From NCBI GenBank assembly GCA_965198235.1, contig OZ240248.1:2944001-3008000 (forward strand): a DNA stretch of 64,000 bases, written 5' to 3'. Source of the stretch: Candidatus Poribacteria bacterium (GTDB taxonomy: Bacteria > Poribacteria > WGA-4E > WGA-3G). A program made the translations under genes and the position numbers. Positions 20,713 through 30,040 of the stretch are shown here, piece by piece. Each line of letters starts with the position of its first letter. Position 1 is the first letter of the stretch. The notes beneath the pieces were generated by a model. That model saw only the letters and a program-made list of their open reading frames with translations, did no database searches and had not been told where the DNA came from.

Positions 20713-20910
20713 ATGATGCCAATTTTTGAATACCATTGCAATGACTGTACATCTGAATTTGAAGTACTTCAACGCGTAAGCGATGCCGATATACCTCCGA
20801 AATGTCCCCCGATATGTCCGAAGTGTGGCGCATTGAATTCAACGAAACGCTTCTCTACGTTTGCTACCGCAGGTACGCAGAAGGGGACCACCAGCGACAA
20901 CGCAACCTGA
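20713..20910 (+). CDS. FmdB-family zinc-ribbon protein
   Basis: MPIFEYHCNDC...FE...CPKCG...S.F. Confidence 0.88.
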   Translation: MMPIFEYHCNDCTSEFEVLQRVSDADIPPKCPPICPKCGALNSTKRFSTFATAGTQKGTTSDNAT

Positions 20911-20939
20911 GCGATTCCAGTTGGTGGCAGTTTGCCCCA

Positions 20940-22334
20940 ATGAAACAGAAACCTACAAAGCCTGCACCAAACATCCTTCGCGAAATCCAAGCGGACAAAG
21001 TCCTACCGGTATATCTACTCTGTGGCGAAGAAAGTTTCCTCATTGAAGGAACCCTCAAACAGATACTCGACCATCTACTCTCACCTGAAACACGCGATTT
21101 TAACCTCACCTTTCTCGAAGGCACCGATGTCACAACTCGGGAGATTCTGAGTCAAGTTGACCTCTATCCAGTTATGTCAAAATGGCGAGTGGTAGTTGTC
21201 CGAGACGCACCCTTTTTTAAAGCCCAACAACGTACACTGCCGATAACGCTTCTCCGAAATGCATTCAAAATTGAAATGACAAACCCACAAAAATCTATCT
21301 CTACAATGGAAAAACTTTTAGAGGTGAGTCCCCAACAAATCGCCGAACAGCATTTTGACTTCGCAAATGCGGTTGAAGCGCTCATCAATGAGTTAGGTAC
21401 AAAATTAACCGACGAAGAACGCAGTTTCTTAAAACGCTTACCGGAAATCGCTCAACAACTGGATACGTATGCTACTGAAGCCGGTGCCACTGATGACGTT
21501 GACTTACTCCTTGAGTGGCTCCAAGCCGATCTGCCGAAAAATAGCGTTCTGATATTTACAGTACGCGGACCCGTGAATGAACGCAACAGGGTCGTTAAAA
21601 CGATTGAAACTGTCGGACGCTATAGGTCCTTTGATCCGGTGGAAGCCGGTCGATCGCTGAACCAAGACCCGCTTTATAAAAAAGTCTCGGAAAAGTTCAG
21701 TGAATTCAATAAACAGATTACACCCCGTGCTTTCACGCAACTCAGGACTCGCACTGGGGGCGATATGCACACAATTGCCGAAGCGATCAACAAGATTGTT
21801 GATTTCGTGGGCGACAAGCGTCAAATTGACGAGCATGATATCCAGAATATCGTGACGCAAAACACATTTGATAACATTTTCGACCTCACCGATGCGATTG
21901 GAAGGCGTTCAATTGGACAAGCATTGAAAAGTCTTTACGAGGTATTAGCAAGCGGTCAAGAACCCATCTTGGTGAATTCGACGATCACGCGTCAATTCCG
22001 TTTTGCCCTCCAAGCCAAGCTAATCGCAAATAGGAAGGGACTTCGACCGCTTCGTAGTCGGATGCCGTTCTCTGAATTTACGAAGAATATTTTTCAACCG
22101 TTTGTTGAAGAAATGGGAAGTTTTTTACCGAAGTCAGCCACTCATAACATTCTGAAGCAGAACCCTTATGTCGCCTACAAGATTTTTCAGACGCTCCACG
22201 CTTTCACCGCTGAGGAGTTAGTCATTGCGATTGAAAAAACCCTCATAGTGGATACCCAATTGAAAACAAGCGAACTAAACGAGACAAGCATTCTGGAGCA
22301 ATTGGTGTGTGAACTTTGTACCACCCGGAAATAG
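20940..22334 (+). CDS. holA: DNA polymerase III delta subunit (with internal insertion)
   Basis: PVYLLCGEESFLI, DFNLTFLEG, P.MSKWRVVVV, NIFDLTDAIG and C-terminal DTQLK...LEQLV. Confidence 0.85.
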   Translation: MKQKPTKPAPNILREIQADKVLPVYLLCGEESFLIEGTLKQILDHLLSPETRDFNLTFLEGTDVTTREILSQVDLYPVMSKWRVVVVRDAPFFKAQQRTLPITLLRNAFKIEMTNPQKSISTMEKLLEVSPQQIAEQHFDFANAVEALINELGTKLTDEERSFLKRLPEIAQQLDTYATEAGATDDVDLLLEWLQADLPKNSVLIFTVRGPVNERNRVVKTIETVGRYRSFDPVEAGRSLNQDPLYKKVSEKFSEFNKQITPRAFTQLRTRTGGDMHTIAEAINKIVDFVGDKRQIDEHDIQNIVTQNTFDNIFDLTDAIGRRSIGQALKSLYEVLASGQEPILVNSTITRQFRFALQAKLIANRKGLRPLRSRMPFSEFTKNIFQPFVEEMGSFLPKSATHNILKQNPYVAYKIFQTLHAFTAEELVIAIEKTLIVDTQLKTSELNETSILEQLVCELCTTRK

Positions 22335-22916
22335 AGCAGATCGCTTCTTTCTGGCGTGATACTTGAGCGCGATTAAGAAACCATCAGCATTTGATTCCGT
22401 TTTAAATATCATAGTACTAATAACGTGAGTTCGATGTAAAGATTGTCTGAATACTCTCTGATTTCAAATTTCCAATGCTCAGACATACTATGATTGATAG
22501 GGATATTCACGCAAACCCGAGAGTCTCCCCATGTGGGTTTCCCCGCCTATGTAAGGACACATTTTAGAAGAGATGCCGACGTGCAAAATCGCTGAATGCA
22601 GCAATTTTTGCGCCTTATACCACATTTTTTGTATGTTGGTAATAGCAGGCGGGTTGCAAATAGATTCTACTTTTTCGACGAAGATAATTTTTTTGGGGAA
22701 GATAACGCTTCGACTCGTTTTGATAAATCTAATATCTGTCTGTGTTCCAGAGGAGTCTAATGAAACATGTTTGGAATCTCAGTGTTGGTTTGAGGTAGTT
22801 ATTGCGTTTCATCAAGGGCATTGGCATAGAACTTGCTTAAATCATCGTAGGAAACGTGATTTAGTTTCTATTTTACCAACTCTTATTAGGAACAAGGTTA
22901 GGAACAAGGAGTTTTT

Positions 22917-23684
22917 ATGAAAGGCACAAGACCTTTAGATAACACTGAAATCCATAAGGTATCGGCAGCTTTTGATAGAGTGTTTGCTATTCGGAACAGA
23001 AGTTTATTCATGCTGGGTGTTTCCGTCGGTGGGCGGATTAGCGAACTGCTCGCCCTGAAAGTGCACGATGTGTGGCAAAACGACAAACCGGTCGCTGATT
23101 TGCTGTTTGATCGGAACATTGTGAAGGGTGGTGAGGTATCGAGAGCTGTACCGGTGAACATAGACGGCAGGCAGGCAATTGAAGACCTTGTCGCTTGGCA
23201 TATCGAACTATATGGAAATGTCGATCCGACCCGTCCATTGTTCCCGTCCCGGAAAGGACGAGGTTTGCAAGCAATGACGAGGATAGCGGCACACAGTGTG
23301 CTAAAGGGCGCGTTTGAAGCGGCGGGGTTAAATGGAAAACTCGGCACGCATTCCCTGCGGAAGTCATACGCACAACGCCTCTATGAACAGACAAACGATA
23401 TTTACGCCGTCCAAGAAATGTTGGGACATAAAAGCGTGGTAACAACCCAACGATATTTGGGGGTAAACTACGCCAACGTTCGGGATGCATCGGAGGCGAT
23501 GTCAATTCATTCCGAATCTAACAGAAGTGTGCAAACGTTAAGTTCGGTCAATGATGCCTCGGATGACGTGCTTTTAATCGAATTGCTCCGTAGGGGATAT
23601 GATGTCGCTCGTTTACTTGAGAAAAGCAATATACAGCAACCTTTTCAACTTCCAGATGAAGAGACTACATCAAAATTCGTTTGA
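22917..23684 (+). CDS. Tyrosine recombinase, catalytic domain only (FimB/FimE-like size)
   Basis: GRISELL, K, HSLRK, LGH, TTQRY catalytic set intact; no N-terminal core-binding domain. Confidence 0.92.
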   Translation: MKGTRPLDNTEIHKVSAAFDRVFAIRNRSLFMLGVSVGGRISELLALKVHDVWQNDKPVADLLFDRNIVKGGEVSRAVPVNIDGRQAIEDLVAWHIELYGNVDPTRPLFPSRKGRGLQAMTRIAAHSVLKGAFEAAGLNGKLGTHSLRKSYAQRLYEQTNDIYAVQEMLGHKSVVTTQRYLGVNYANVRDASEAMSIHSESNRSVQTLSSVNDASDDVLLIELLRRGYDVARLLEKSNIQQPFQLPDEETTSKFV

Positions 23685-23778
23685 ATAAATTGATTGACCT
23701 TTTTTTACTATCTTTTTAGTGTTCTGCTGACTCTAATAATATAAGATTACATTTTATTAGAAAATCGGAGGGGTTGAA

Positions 23779-24015
23779 ATGGGAGAAATCGTTTTGATTA
23801 TTGCCATTATATTTGGGAGTATCGCAGTAACAACGCTTGGATGTGTCTGGATGGGTACTTCTTACAGCGCAAAGCAAAAGGGCTTGAAAAGCGGAGCGTC
23901 GCAGCGCGAGGTAGAAGTACTACAGCAGAAAGTAAGCGACGTTCAGCAAGAAATAGATGCTCTCAAAAAGGAAGTGAAACGACTCATCAAAATCGCCAAA
24001 GGTGTGAGTGAGTAA
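23779..24015 (+). CDS. Small membrane protein with C-terminal coiled coil
   Basis: TM helix plus heptad pattern; GGAGG SD. Confidence 0.8.
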   Translation: MGEIVLIIAIIFGSIAVTTLGCVWMGTSYSAKQKGLKSGASQREVEVLQQKVSDVQQEIDALKKEVKRLIKIAKGVSE

Positions 24016-24030
24016 AGGAGGAGAACAGAC

Positions 24031-24360
24031 ATGTCAGCGTTACTACTGATTTTTCTCTTGTTGGTATTCTTCTTTATTTTTAAGTTTACAGCCGCGCTTG
24101 TCGCTATTGTGGCAATAGTTGTGGGGACAACAACAATCACTACACTCGCATGTGTCTGGCTGGGAACATCGTATTACCTGAGAGCATCGGGATATGATCC
24201 AAACAGTGCCGAACAGACTTACCGTCGGGTGGATTCAGATTTAAAGCAGATTGTTGGGGATTTACAGGAAATGCGCTTTGAATTAGAGGAAGTAGAACCG
24301 TATCTACGAGATGTAGAATTTTTAAGATACGCCCGCCAGAACCACAAAGCGGAGAATTAG
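24031..24360 (+). CDS. Small membrane protein with coiled coil, paralog of the upstream gene
   Basis: Shares TTL(G/A)CVW(M/L)GTSY with 23779-24015; AGGAGG SD. Confidence 0.8.
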   Translation: MSALLLIFLLLVFFFIFKFTAALVAIVAIVVGTTTITTLACVWLGTSYYLRASGYDPNSAEQTYRRVDSDLKQIVGDLQEMRFELEEVEPYLRDVEFLRYARQNHKAEN

Positions 24361-24387
24361 CGTCGTAAAGTAGAAAAAGGTGAAATG

Positions 24388-24415
24388 TAGGCAGGATATG
24401 TCTTTATCCTGCCTA
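24388..24415. terminator. Hairpin between convergent genes (terminator or GTAG-REP)
   Basis: TAGGCAGGATA-6 nt-TATCCTGCCTA perfect 11-bp stem; no clear U-tract. Confidence 0.5.
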
Positions 24416-24602
24416 TTGCATGTACGAAAATATTTCTTGAAGTAATTTAAGCTGTTACAATGCCCTGTATTTTTTGGGTAGGGTTACCATAGCAGGGCAT
24501 CTTTTGCAGGGGGCTTGTAGGGCATTCTCGAAAGCTTTTTTTCTCATCTCTCCTGTAGGAGGGAACTCCGATTCCCGAATCTAACCGCTGACCGCTAAAA
24601 TC

Positions 24603-25790
24603 CTAAAAAGTTAACCATCGGTGAAATAGGACCCCTTTTCCTTCCGGCTCAACGACCCGCAATAAAACTTTCCCGTCTTTAAGAAAATCTATCGCCATGA
24701 AACCGGAATGCTGATGTGCAAACAGGGTATTATCTCCAGACATCACTTCCGTCACTTTTCGGCTCGCCGCGCTCCCACTCACGAGGAGATAATCAGTAAC
24801 TTCGCCTTTCAGTACTTGGAGGGAATGTTCATGTCCAGAAACATAGATTAAGAGCGGTGGACCTTGGGGTGGCAATTTTCGTCTGGCAAACGCTTGATTC
24901 AACTGTGCTACCATATTTTTGTTACGTGCGCCGTTCATATCTTGATCGGATCTGTAAAGGTGCCATCGTGCGTATGGATACACAGAACCCACTATGGGTA
25001 TCGGAATCCAGAGCCATCTTTTCACAAATCTGACAGGAAAGAGGTGTGCCTTCCAGTCGTAGACACCACCATGTGATCCATAAGTTTCCAGTGGATGGTG
25101 TCCGACAACGATAACCGGTAATTCCGTATCTAATAGTGCTACAAGTTCTTCTATCACCTTTTCAGGTGCTTTTTTTCGTTTTTCATGTTGATGGAGCCAC
25201 CACTGCGTATCCAGCACGATAAGTCGTACTGCAGGGTTGGTTTTCGGGAGTTCGAGTGCAACAGGACCGGGTGAACCTCCAGATGGTAGGAAATTCGCTT
25301 CACCAGCAAGGGCATCGTTGATAAACTTTTCTTGTGCAAAGACTGCACTAAGTCCTTCCGCTTTCCCCTTTGCCCAATCATGGTTACCGGGTATAAAGAG
25401 ACCATGAGCACCTGTAGTTTTGATAACTGCGAGTTGGGGTGTAAGCCGAGCCGGTGCTTCATGTTTTTTGCGTTCTGTCATCCCTTCAGGATACATGTTG
25501 TCACCTAAAAAGACAATGCTCGTGCTGGAAGCATCCTTCGCCGCCCACTCGCTGAGCGTTTTCAGAACAGGTTCATCCTGTTTCGGAAGTCCACCATCAC
25601 CCAGTAATAAAAGACGGTACCGGAGAGTGCCTTCCGTTTCACTCTCATGTTTCGCGCTATCGGGAATATCAGGATGATAATACGGCTTTGTGTGACTACA
25701 CCCCGCAATTGTCAGTTGTACTGCTTGAACAATGCAACAGAGGAGAACAATATAGCGGGTGAAGTTGGGGCGTTGATAAAATCGTTTCAT
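24603..25790 (-). CDS. Calcineurin-like metallophosphoesterase, probably exported
   Basis: GDGG, FLGDNMY, PGNHDW, GHHP and GHEH motifs; IAGC lipobox-like sequence. Confidence 0.9.
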   Translation of the reverse strand: MKRFYQRPNFTRYIVLLCCIVQAVQLTIAGCSHTKPYYHPDIPDSAKHESETEGTLRYRLLLLGDGGLPKQDEPVLKTLSEWAAKDASSTSIVFLGDNMYPEGMTERKKHEAPARLTPQLAVIKTTGAHGLFIPGNHDWAKGKAEGLSAVFAQEKFINDALAGEANFLPSGGSPGPVALELPKTNPAVRLIVLDTQWWLHQHEKRKKAPEKVIEELVALLDTELPVIVVGHHPLETYGSHGGVYDWKAHLFPVRFVKRWLWIPIPIVGSVYPYARWHLYRSDQDMNGARNKNMVAQLNQAFARRKLPPQGPPLLIYVSGHEHSLQVLKGEVTDYLLVSGSAASRKVTEVMSGDNTLFAHQHSGFMAIDFLKDGKVLLRVVEPEGKGVLFHRWLTF

Positions 25791-25846
25791 CTTCCAGTAC
25801 TTTCACGCTCCTGTTGTCGTTTGGGACATTCAAGTGGATAATCGCT

Positions 25847-27178
25847 TTAGCCGTCTATCCACCTTTGGATGTGTTCAACAAATTCCTCCCGCGGGACGAT
25901 TTGTTGCTCTCTGCTTGCGAGATTCCGAATCGCCACTCTGCCTGCCTCTAATTCATCAGAACCGAGGATGACAGCATACGGTATACCTTTGGTATCCGCG
26001 TATTTTATCTGTGCGCTGAGACGCGCCGAGCGACAATAAACCTCTGTCCGGATGCCATCTTGACGCAGAAGCGTCGCCAATTTCAGGGATTCTTGGGCGA
26101 GTTCAGCATCGAAGACAGTGACTAACACCTGTGTCACTGTTTTGCCTACGGTAGCGGGGAACATATCAAATTCTTCCATCACGTCAATAATCCGCTCAAT
26201 GCCGAAACTGGTCCCAGTTGCTGGGTAACCCTGTTTGCTGAAGCTTCCGATGAGTTCATCGTATCTTCCGCCGCCGGTGATACTCCCAATTTTGGGTTCC
26301 TCAACAACGGTTTCATAGATCGGACCGGTGTAGTATTCCAAGCCACGCACCATTGAAACGTTCACCCTATAGAACTCGTCCGGTACCCCAAACGTTGCGA
26401 GATAGCCATTCAGCTCTTCTAATTCCGCAATACCTTCTCTTGCTACCTCAGAATCGTCGAGTTCTTCACTGAGTGCGTTCAGCACCGTTGCCGTATCGCC
26501 TTCAATCTGAAGCAGCGCGAGCAACTTCTCAATAACCGGTTCCGGAATCTGATTTTCCGCTAATTCGTCCCTGACCCCTGCAAGCCCAATTTTATCCAAC
26601 TTATCAATGGATCGATAGAGCCCGCCAAGTTGTTCATCAGGCACGCCAGCGAATTGCCCAATCCCGGTGATTAATTTTCGGTCGTTGATATTAACCTCGA
26701 ATTGCTCAAAACCGAGACGAGTTAGCACCTGATAGATAAGATTGACATTTTCAGCATCAGCGAGCATACTCTCGGTTCCTACCGTATCCGCGTCGCACTG
26801 GAAGAATTGACGGTAGCGCCCTTTTTGTGGGCGTTCCGCTCGCCAGACGGGATCGATTTGGTATCGCTTAAACGGTTTCGGGAGTTGCGGATACATAGCA
26901 ACAACCCGACAAAGCGGTACTGAAAGATCGTAACGGAGGGAGATGTCTTCCTTTCCGCCCGCGTGTCCTGCCTGATAGATAAGTTTCTCGGCATCCGGTC
27001 CGTACTTGCCCGTGAGCACTTCAGACAATTCAAGGGCGGGTGTTTGCAAGGGTTCAAACCCAAATTCCTCGAACACGTCCCGAATCACATCTATAACATA
27101 CTGTCTGCGAATCATCTGCTCAGGTAAAATGTCTCGCATCCCGCGCGGAACGCGCGGTTTAATCAAAGCCCTTTCCAT
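25847..27178 (-). CDS. hisS: Histidine--tRNA ligase
   Basis: PRGMRD, LRYDL, WRAERPQKGRYRQFFQCD, RGLEYYTG, GGGRYD, FGIER; anticodon-binding domain. Confidence 0.95.
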   Translation of the reverse strand: MERALIKPRVPRGMRDILPEQMIRRQYVIDVIRDVFEEFGFEPLQTPALELSEVLTGKYGPDAEKLIYQAGHAGGKEDISLRYDLSVPLCRVVAMYPQLPKPFKRYQIDPVWRAERPQKGRYRQFFQCDADTVGTESMLADAENVNLIYQVLTRLGFEQFEVNINDRKLITGIGQFAGVPDEQLGGLYRSIDKLDKIGLAGVRDELAENQIPEPVIEKLLALLQIEGDTATVLNALSEELDDSEVAREGIAELEELNGYLATFGVPDEFYRVNVSMVRGLEYYTGPIYETVVEEPKIGSITGGGRYDELIGSFSKQGYPATGTSFGIERIIDVMEEFDMFPATVGKTVTQVLVTVFDAELAQESLKLATLLRQDGIRTEVYCRSARLSAQIKYADTKGIPYAVILGSDELEAGRVAIRNLASREQQIVPREEFVEHIQRWIDG

Positions 27179-27297
27179 AAATTCTCCTCCTCTTAAATAC
27201 TAAGAAACCTGGACTCCCACGCAAGCACGCCCGACCTCATTAGAAACCGGCGATCTGACAACGGAAGATCGTGGCGAAGGCCCATAGGTAAAAAACC

Positions 27298-28077
27298 TTA
27301 AATGTGCCCGGGGAGTGCCGGACTCCGCCTTCTTCGTAAACCTTTCTGTAGTGTTTGTTTGAACTCTTCAATCTTTTCCTGCTTCCATGGATCTCTGAGC
27401 GACCTCGGATTGGCGATGAGGGTCGAAACAGTCTCTCGCAAAAGTTCGATGATTTTGAGTTGATTCGCCTTGATTGTGCGCCGCGATGTAGTCGAATTGT
27501 CGATAATAGCATCGGCTTCTTCCGGTGGTTTTCCCTCGGTTGCCCCGAAAGACAGCATGAGTGTAATAGGGGATTGGTAAGTGCCGCGGGTGTTAAGTCG
27601 CTTCCACGGTGTTAAAATCGCAGGTGCGACCCTATTTTCCGTCTTTTCAAGGATATATTTCTCGGCAATGTTCAAATATTCGGTAGAGATACGGATGTCC
27701 CTATCGGCAAGGTTTATTAAATCCTCAAATGTGCTGAGGTCGTCTCGTTCTTGACGGACCGCTAGTACAATATCCATGCGACCATATTCCAATGGTAGAA
27801 TTTCGTCAACCTCTGCATCAGTTTCTTCAACCCAATCTTGACCGGTAATCCCTAAATCGTAAAAATCATCCATACCGACATAGACTGGTATCTCTTGCGG
27901 ACGCGAAATTTTGATTTGAAATTCGCTATCATTGTGGAAGGTCGCGCGATAGGACCTATCAGTTTCGGTATAACCGTTAAGTTCATAACCGGCGCGCTGA
28001 AACATTTCAAGCGTATCCGCCTGTAGGCTACCTTTCGGTAAAAGTAGTTTCAACGTCCTTTGTGATTCCATTTGCAT
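27298..28077 (-). CDS. hisG: ATP phosphoribosyltransferase, short form
   Basis: LPKGSL, RPQEIP, DLGITGQD, STEY, SFGATE..P...DAIID; no C-terminal regulatory domain. Confidence 0.88.
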   Translation of the reverse strand: MQMESQRTLKLLLPKGSLQADTLEMFQRAGYELNGYTETDRSYRATFHNDSEFQIKISRPQEIPVYVGMDDFYDLGITGQDWVEETDAEVDEILPLEYGRMDIVLAVRQERDDLSTFEDLINLADRDIRISTEYLNIAEKYILEKTENRVAPAILTPWKRLNTRGTYQSPITLMLSFGATEGKPPEEADAIIDNSTTSRRTIKANQLKIIELLRETVSTLIANPRSLRDPWKQEKIEEFKQTLQKGLRRRRSPALPGHI

Positions 28078-28164
28078 TTTTTTAATTGTTGTCCTTTCTC
28101 TGAGCGGATTTAGATGTCTAAGGGCAATTGTATTCCTTTCCAGTTTTTAGCAGGCGCGAAACAT

Positions 28165-29601
28165 CTAAAGGAGATCGTTGACGGTGATTACCTCTGTGTC
28201 GCCAGTTTTGATTTGAATTCGGCGCATGGGTTCATCGGGAACCAGGCGGAGCAGAGAATCGTAATTCGCTTGGTTTGCGTAATCCTGTTGCGCCTGTAGA
28301 TCGCGTTCCATCAAGTCTACCTCAACGTTCTTACCTGCTTTCCGCAAGGTTTCAGCAAGACGTTGTGCCTCCGCAATGCGTTCTGGTGTTTCTGCTGCGA
28401 TGAAGTAGTCTTTTCTCCCGTTAACAGTTGCCTGGCTCGTGTCGGTGAAGGCTTCTACAAGTGCGTCAAATTGAAATGCAAATCCAGCACCAGGCATCGA
28501 CGGACCCCCGAAGGAGGCGATCAAGTTGTCGTATCTCCCACCGCCACAAATCGGTAAACGTTTCTCAGACAATTCAATCTGAAAAACCGTGCCGGTATAG
28601 AAATCGAATCCGCGCGTGATGCCCAAATTGATTTCAAAATCTGTGATACCATAGTTTTCCAAACAGGCACAGAGGGCAAGCAGTTCTTGATGTGCTGCTT
28701 GTGCGGTATCACCGAGACACGTCTCCCACGCTGTCATCACGGTGTTCTTATCGCCACAAACCTTTGAGACATCTATGCAACACTGTGCTATCTCTTCAGA
28801 AACACTGAAATAACGGTGCCATCTCGCCTTATAGGTCTCCTCAGCAATCGTCGGTAGCTTCTCCGCAAAAGCAGGGACGGTGCTTTCGGTTAATTCCTGA
28901 ATCGCGGCGATCTCAATCTTGTAAGCACCTTGGTAGTCAGGTCCTTGCAAACGACGCAACATATTAAACGCATCTCGGAGCGTTTCCAGATCCCAAAGTT
29001 CGCTTTCGTTACGGAGTCGGACAAGATGGTCGATATCCCAAATCATTTCTGCTTGGTCTTTTGGATCCAGCGCGCCCTGTTTGAAAATCTCACGGAAGAC
29101 CCCTGTATTGCCGATTCTTAACTTTGTATGTGAGATGTTGAGTTTCTCCAGGACTCGGATCGGAATCGTAATAATTTCAGCGTCTGCATGGGCAGAAGCC
29201 GGTCCAATGAGTTCAACACCTGCTTGTCGGAATTCCCGTCTTACTTCGGCACCGTCGATAATCGGCTCCTGTCGAACACATTGCCCAATGTAGTAGAGTT
29301 TATATGGATAAGGAAGGTGTTTTAGTTCCCCATTGGCAATGAGTCTGCAGACAGGTGCAGTCAGCTCAGGTCTCAGGGCATAATCTACCCGATCCGAACC
29401 GACGAACGTGAACATCTTGTGCCGGATCTCTTCGCCAGATTGCGCGGATAATAGTGCAAAGGATTCAAACAGCGGGGTCTGAACCTGTGCGTATCCGTAG
29501 GTTTCAAAGGTTTCACGAACGATATTTTCAACGTAATTTCGTTGGACCATCTGCTCAGGTAAAAAATCGTTCGTTCCAGTAGGTTTATCAAACTTTTCCA
29601 T
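28165..29601 (-). CDS. hisZ: ATP phosphoribosyltransferase regulatory subunit (HisRS paralog)
   Basis: PTGTND, LRPELT, REFRQAGVELIG, GGGRYDNL; motif 3 reads GFAFQFDAL without the HisRS Arg; directly upstream of short hisG. Confidence 0.8.
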   Translation of the reverse strand: MEKFDKPTGTNDFLPEQMVQRNYVENIVRETFETYGYAQVQTPLFESFALLSAQSGEEIRHKMFTFVGSDRVDYALRPELTAPVCRLIANGELKHLPYPYKLYYIGQCVRQEPIIDGAEVRREFRQAGVELIGPASAHADAEIITIPIRVLEKLNISHTKLRIGNTGVFREIFKQGALDPKDQAEMIWDIDHLVRLRNESELWDLETLRDAFNMLRRLQGPDYQGAYKIEIAAIQELTESTVPAFAEKLPTIAEETYKARWHRYFSVSEEIAQCCIDVSKVCGDKNTVMTAWETCLGDTAQAAHQELLALCACLENYGITDFEINLGITRGFDFYTGTVFQIELSEKRLPICGGGRYDNLIASFGGPSMPGAGFAFQFDALVEAFTDTSQATVNGRKDYFIAAETPERIAEAQRLAETLRKAGKNVEVDLMERDLQAQQDYANQANYDSLLRLVPDEPMRRIQIKTGDTEVITVNDLL

Positions 29602-29602
29602 A

Positions 29603-29631
29603 TTTTAATTTTTCCTTGCGGTTCGATCAAG
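29603..29631 (+). repeat. Terminal fragment of the interspersed CCTTGCGGTTCG element abutting the hisZ start
   Basis: TTTTAATTTTTCCTTGCGGTTCGATCAAG. Confidence 0.7.
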
Positions 29632-30040
29632 TGAGTCTGAATCTTTATGGAACACAGTCCAGGATCCCATAAATTCAAAAAAGTCAAAAAAAAACCTAGT
29701 AAACAGTTTGCTCTTTTTCTCGCAAGCACCGACAATGCAGTGCTGAGGAGAGCGGCTCGTTTACCAGGGTCCAAACAAGTTAAACTTGCTTCGTATCAAG
29801 AATGTTTATTTATTTTCCCCTCATCCGCTCTACCCAGAAGTGGACCGAATGATGGTGATGTATATTAAATGTAATAGCGTTACACATTTTTCAGTTTCGC
29901 TCGCAATCTCGAGGTCCCATCTGTTACCGGGACAGGACTAAACTCGCTGTTAAAAAGTCAGTGACTTTAAATTGGATTTAATGATATTATACCCTATCGG
30001 AAGGCAAATGTCAAATTTTTTAGAAACTACCGAACACTCA

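Noticed and set aside
22511-22555. AAACCC...ATGTGGGTTTCCCCGCC as a fourth IS200/605 right end
   Set aside because: Only half of the hairpin resembles the others and it does not end on ATGA; too weak to call
22573-22920. 115-aa ORF upstream of the recombinase
   Set aside because: No clear SD, atypical composition, no recognisable motif; treated as non-coding, though a small accessory gene cannot be excluded
22334-24600. Prophage or genomic island at the recombinase
   Set aside because: No phage, conjugation or replication genes, no tRNA target and no long flanking direct repeat seen
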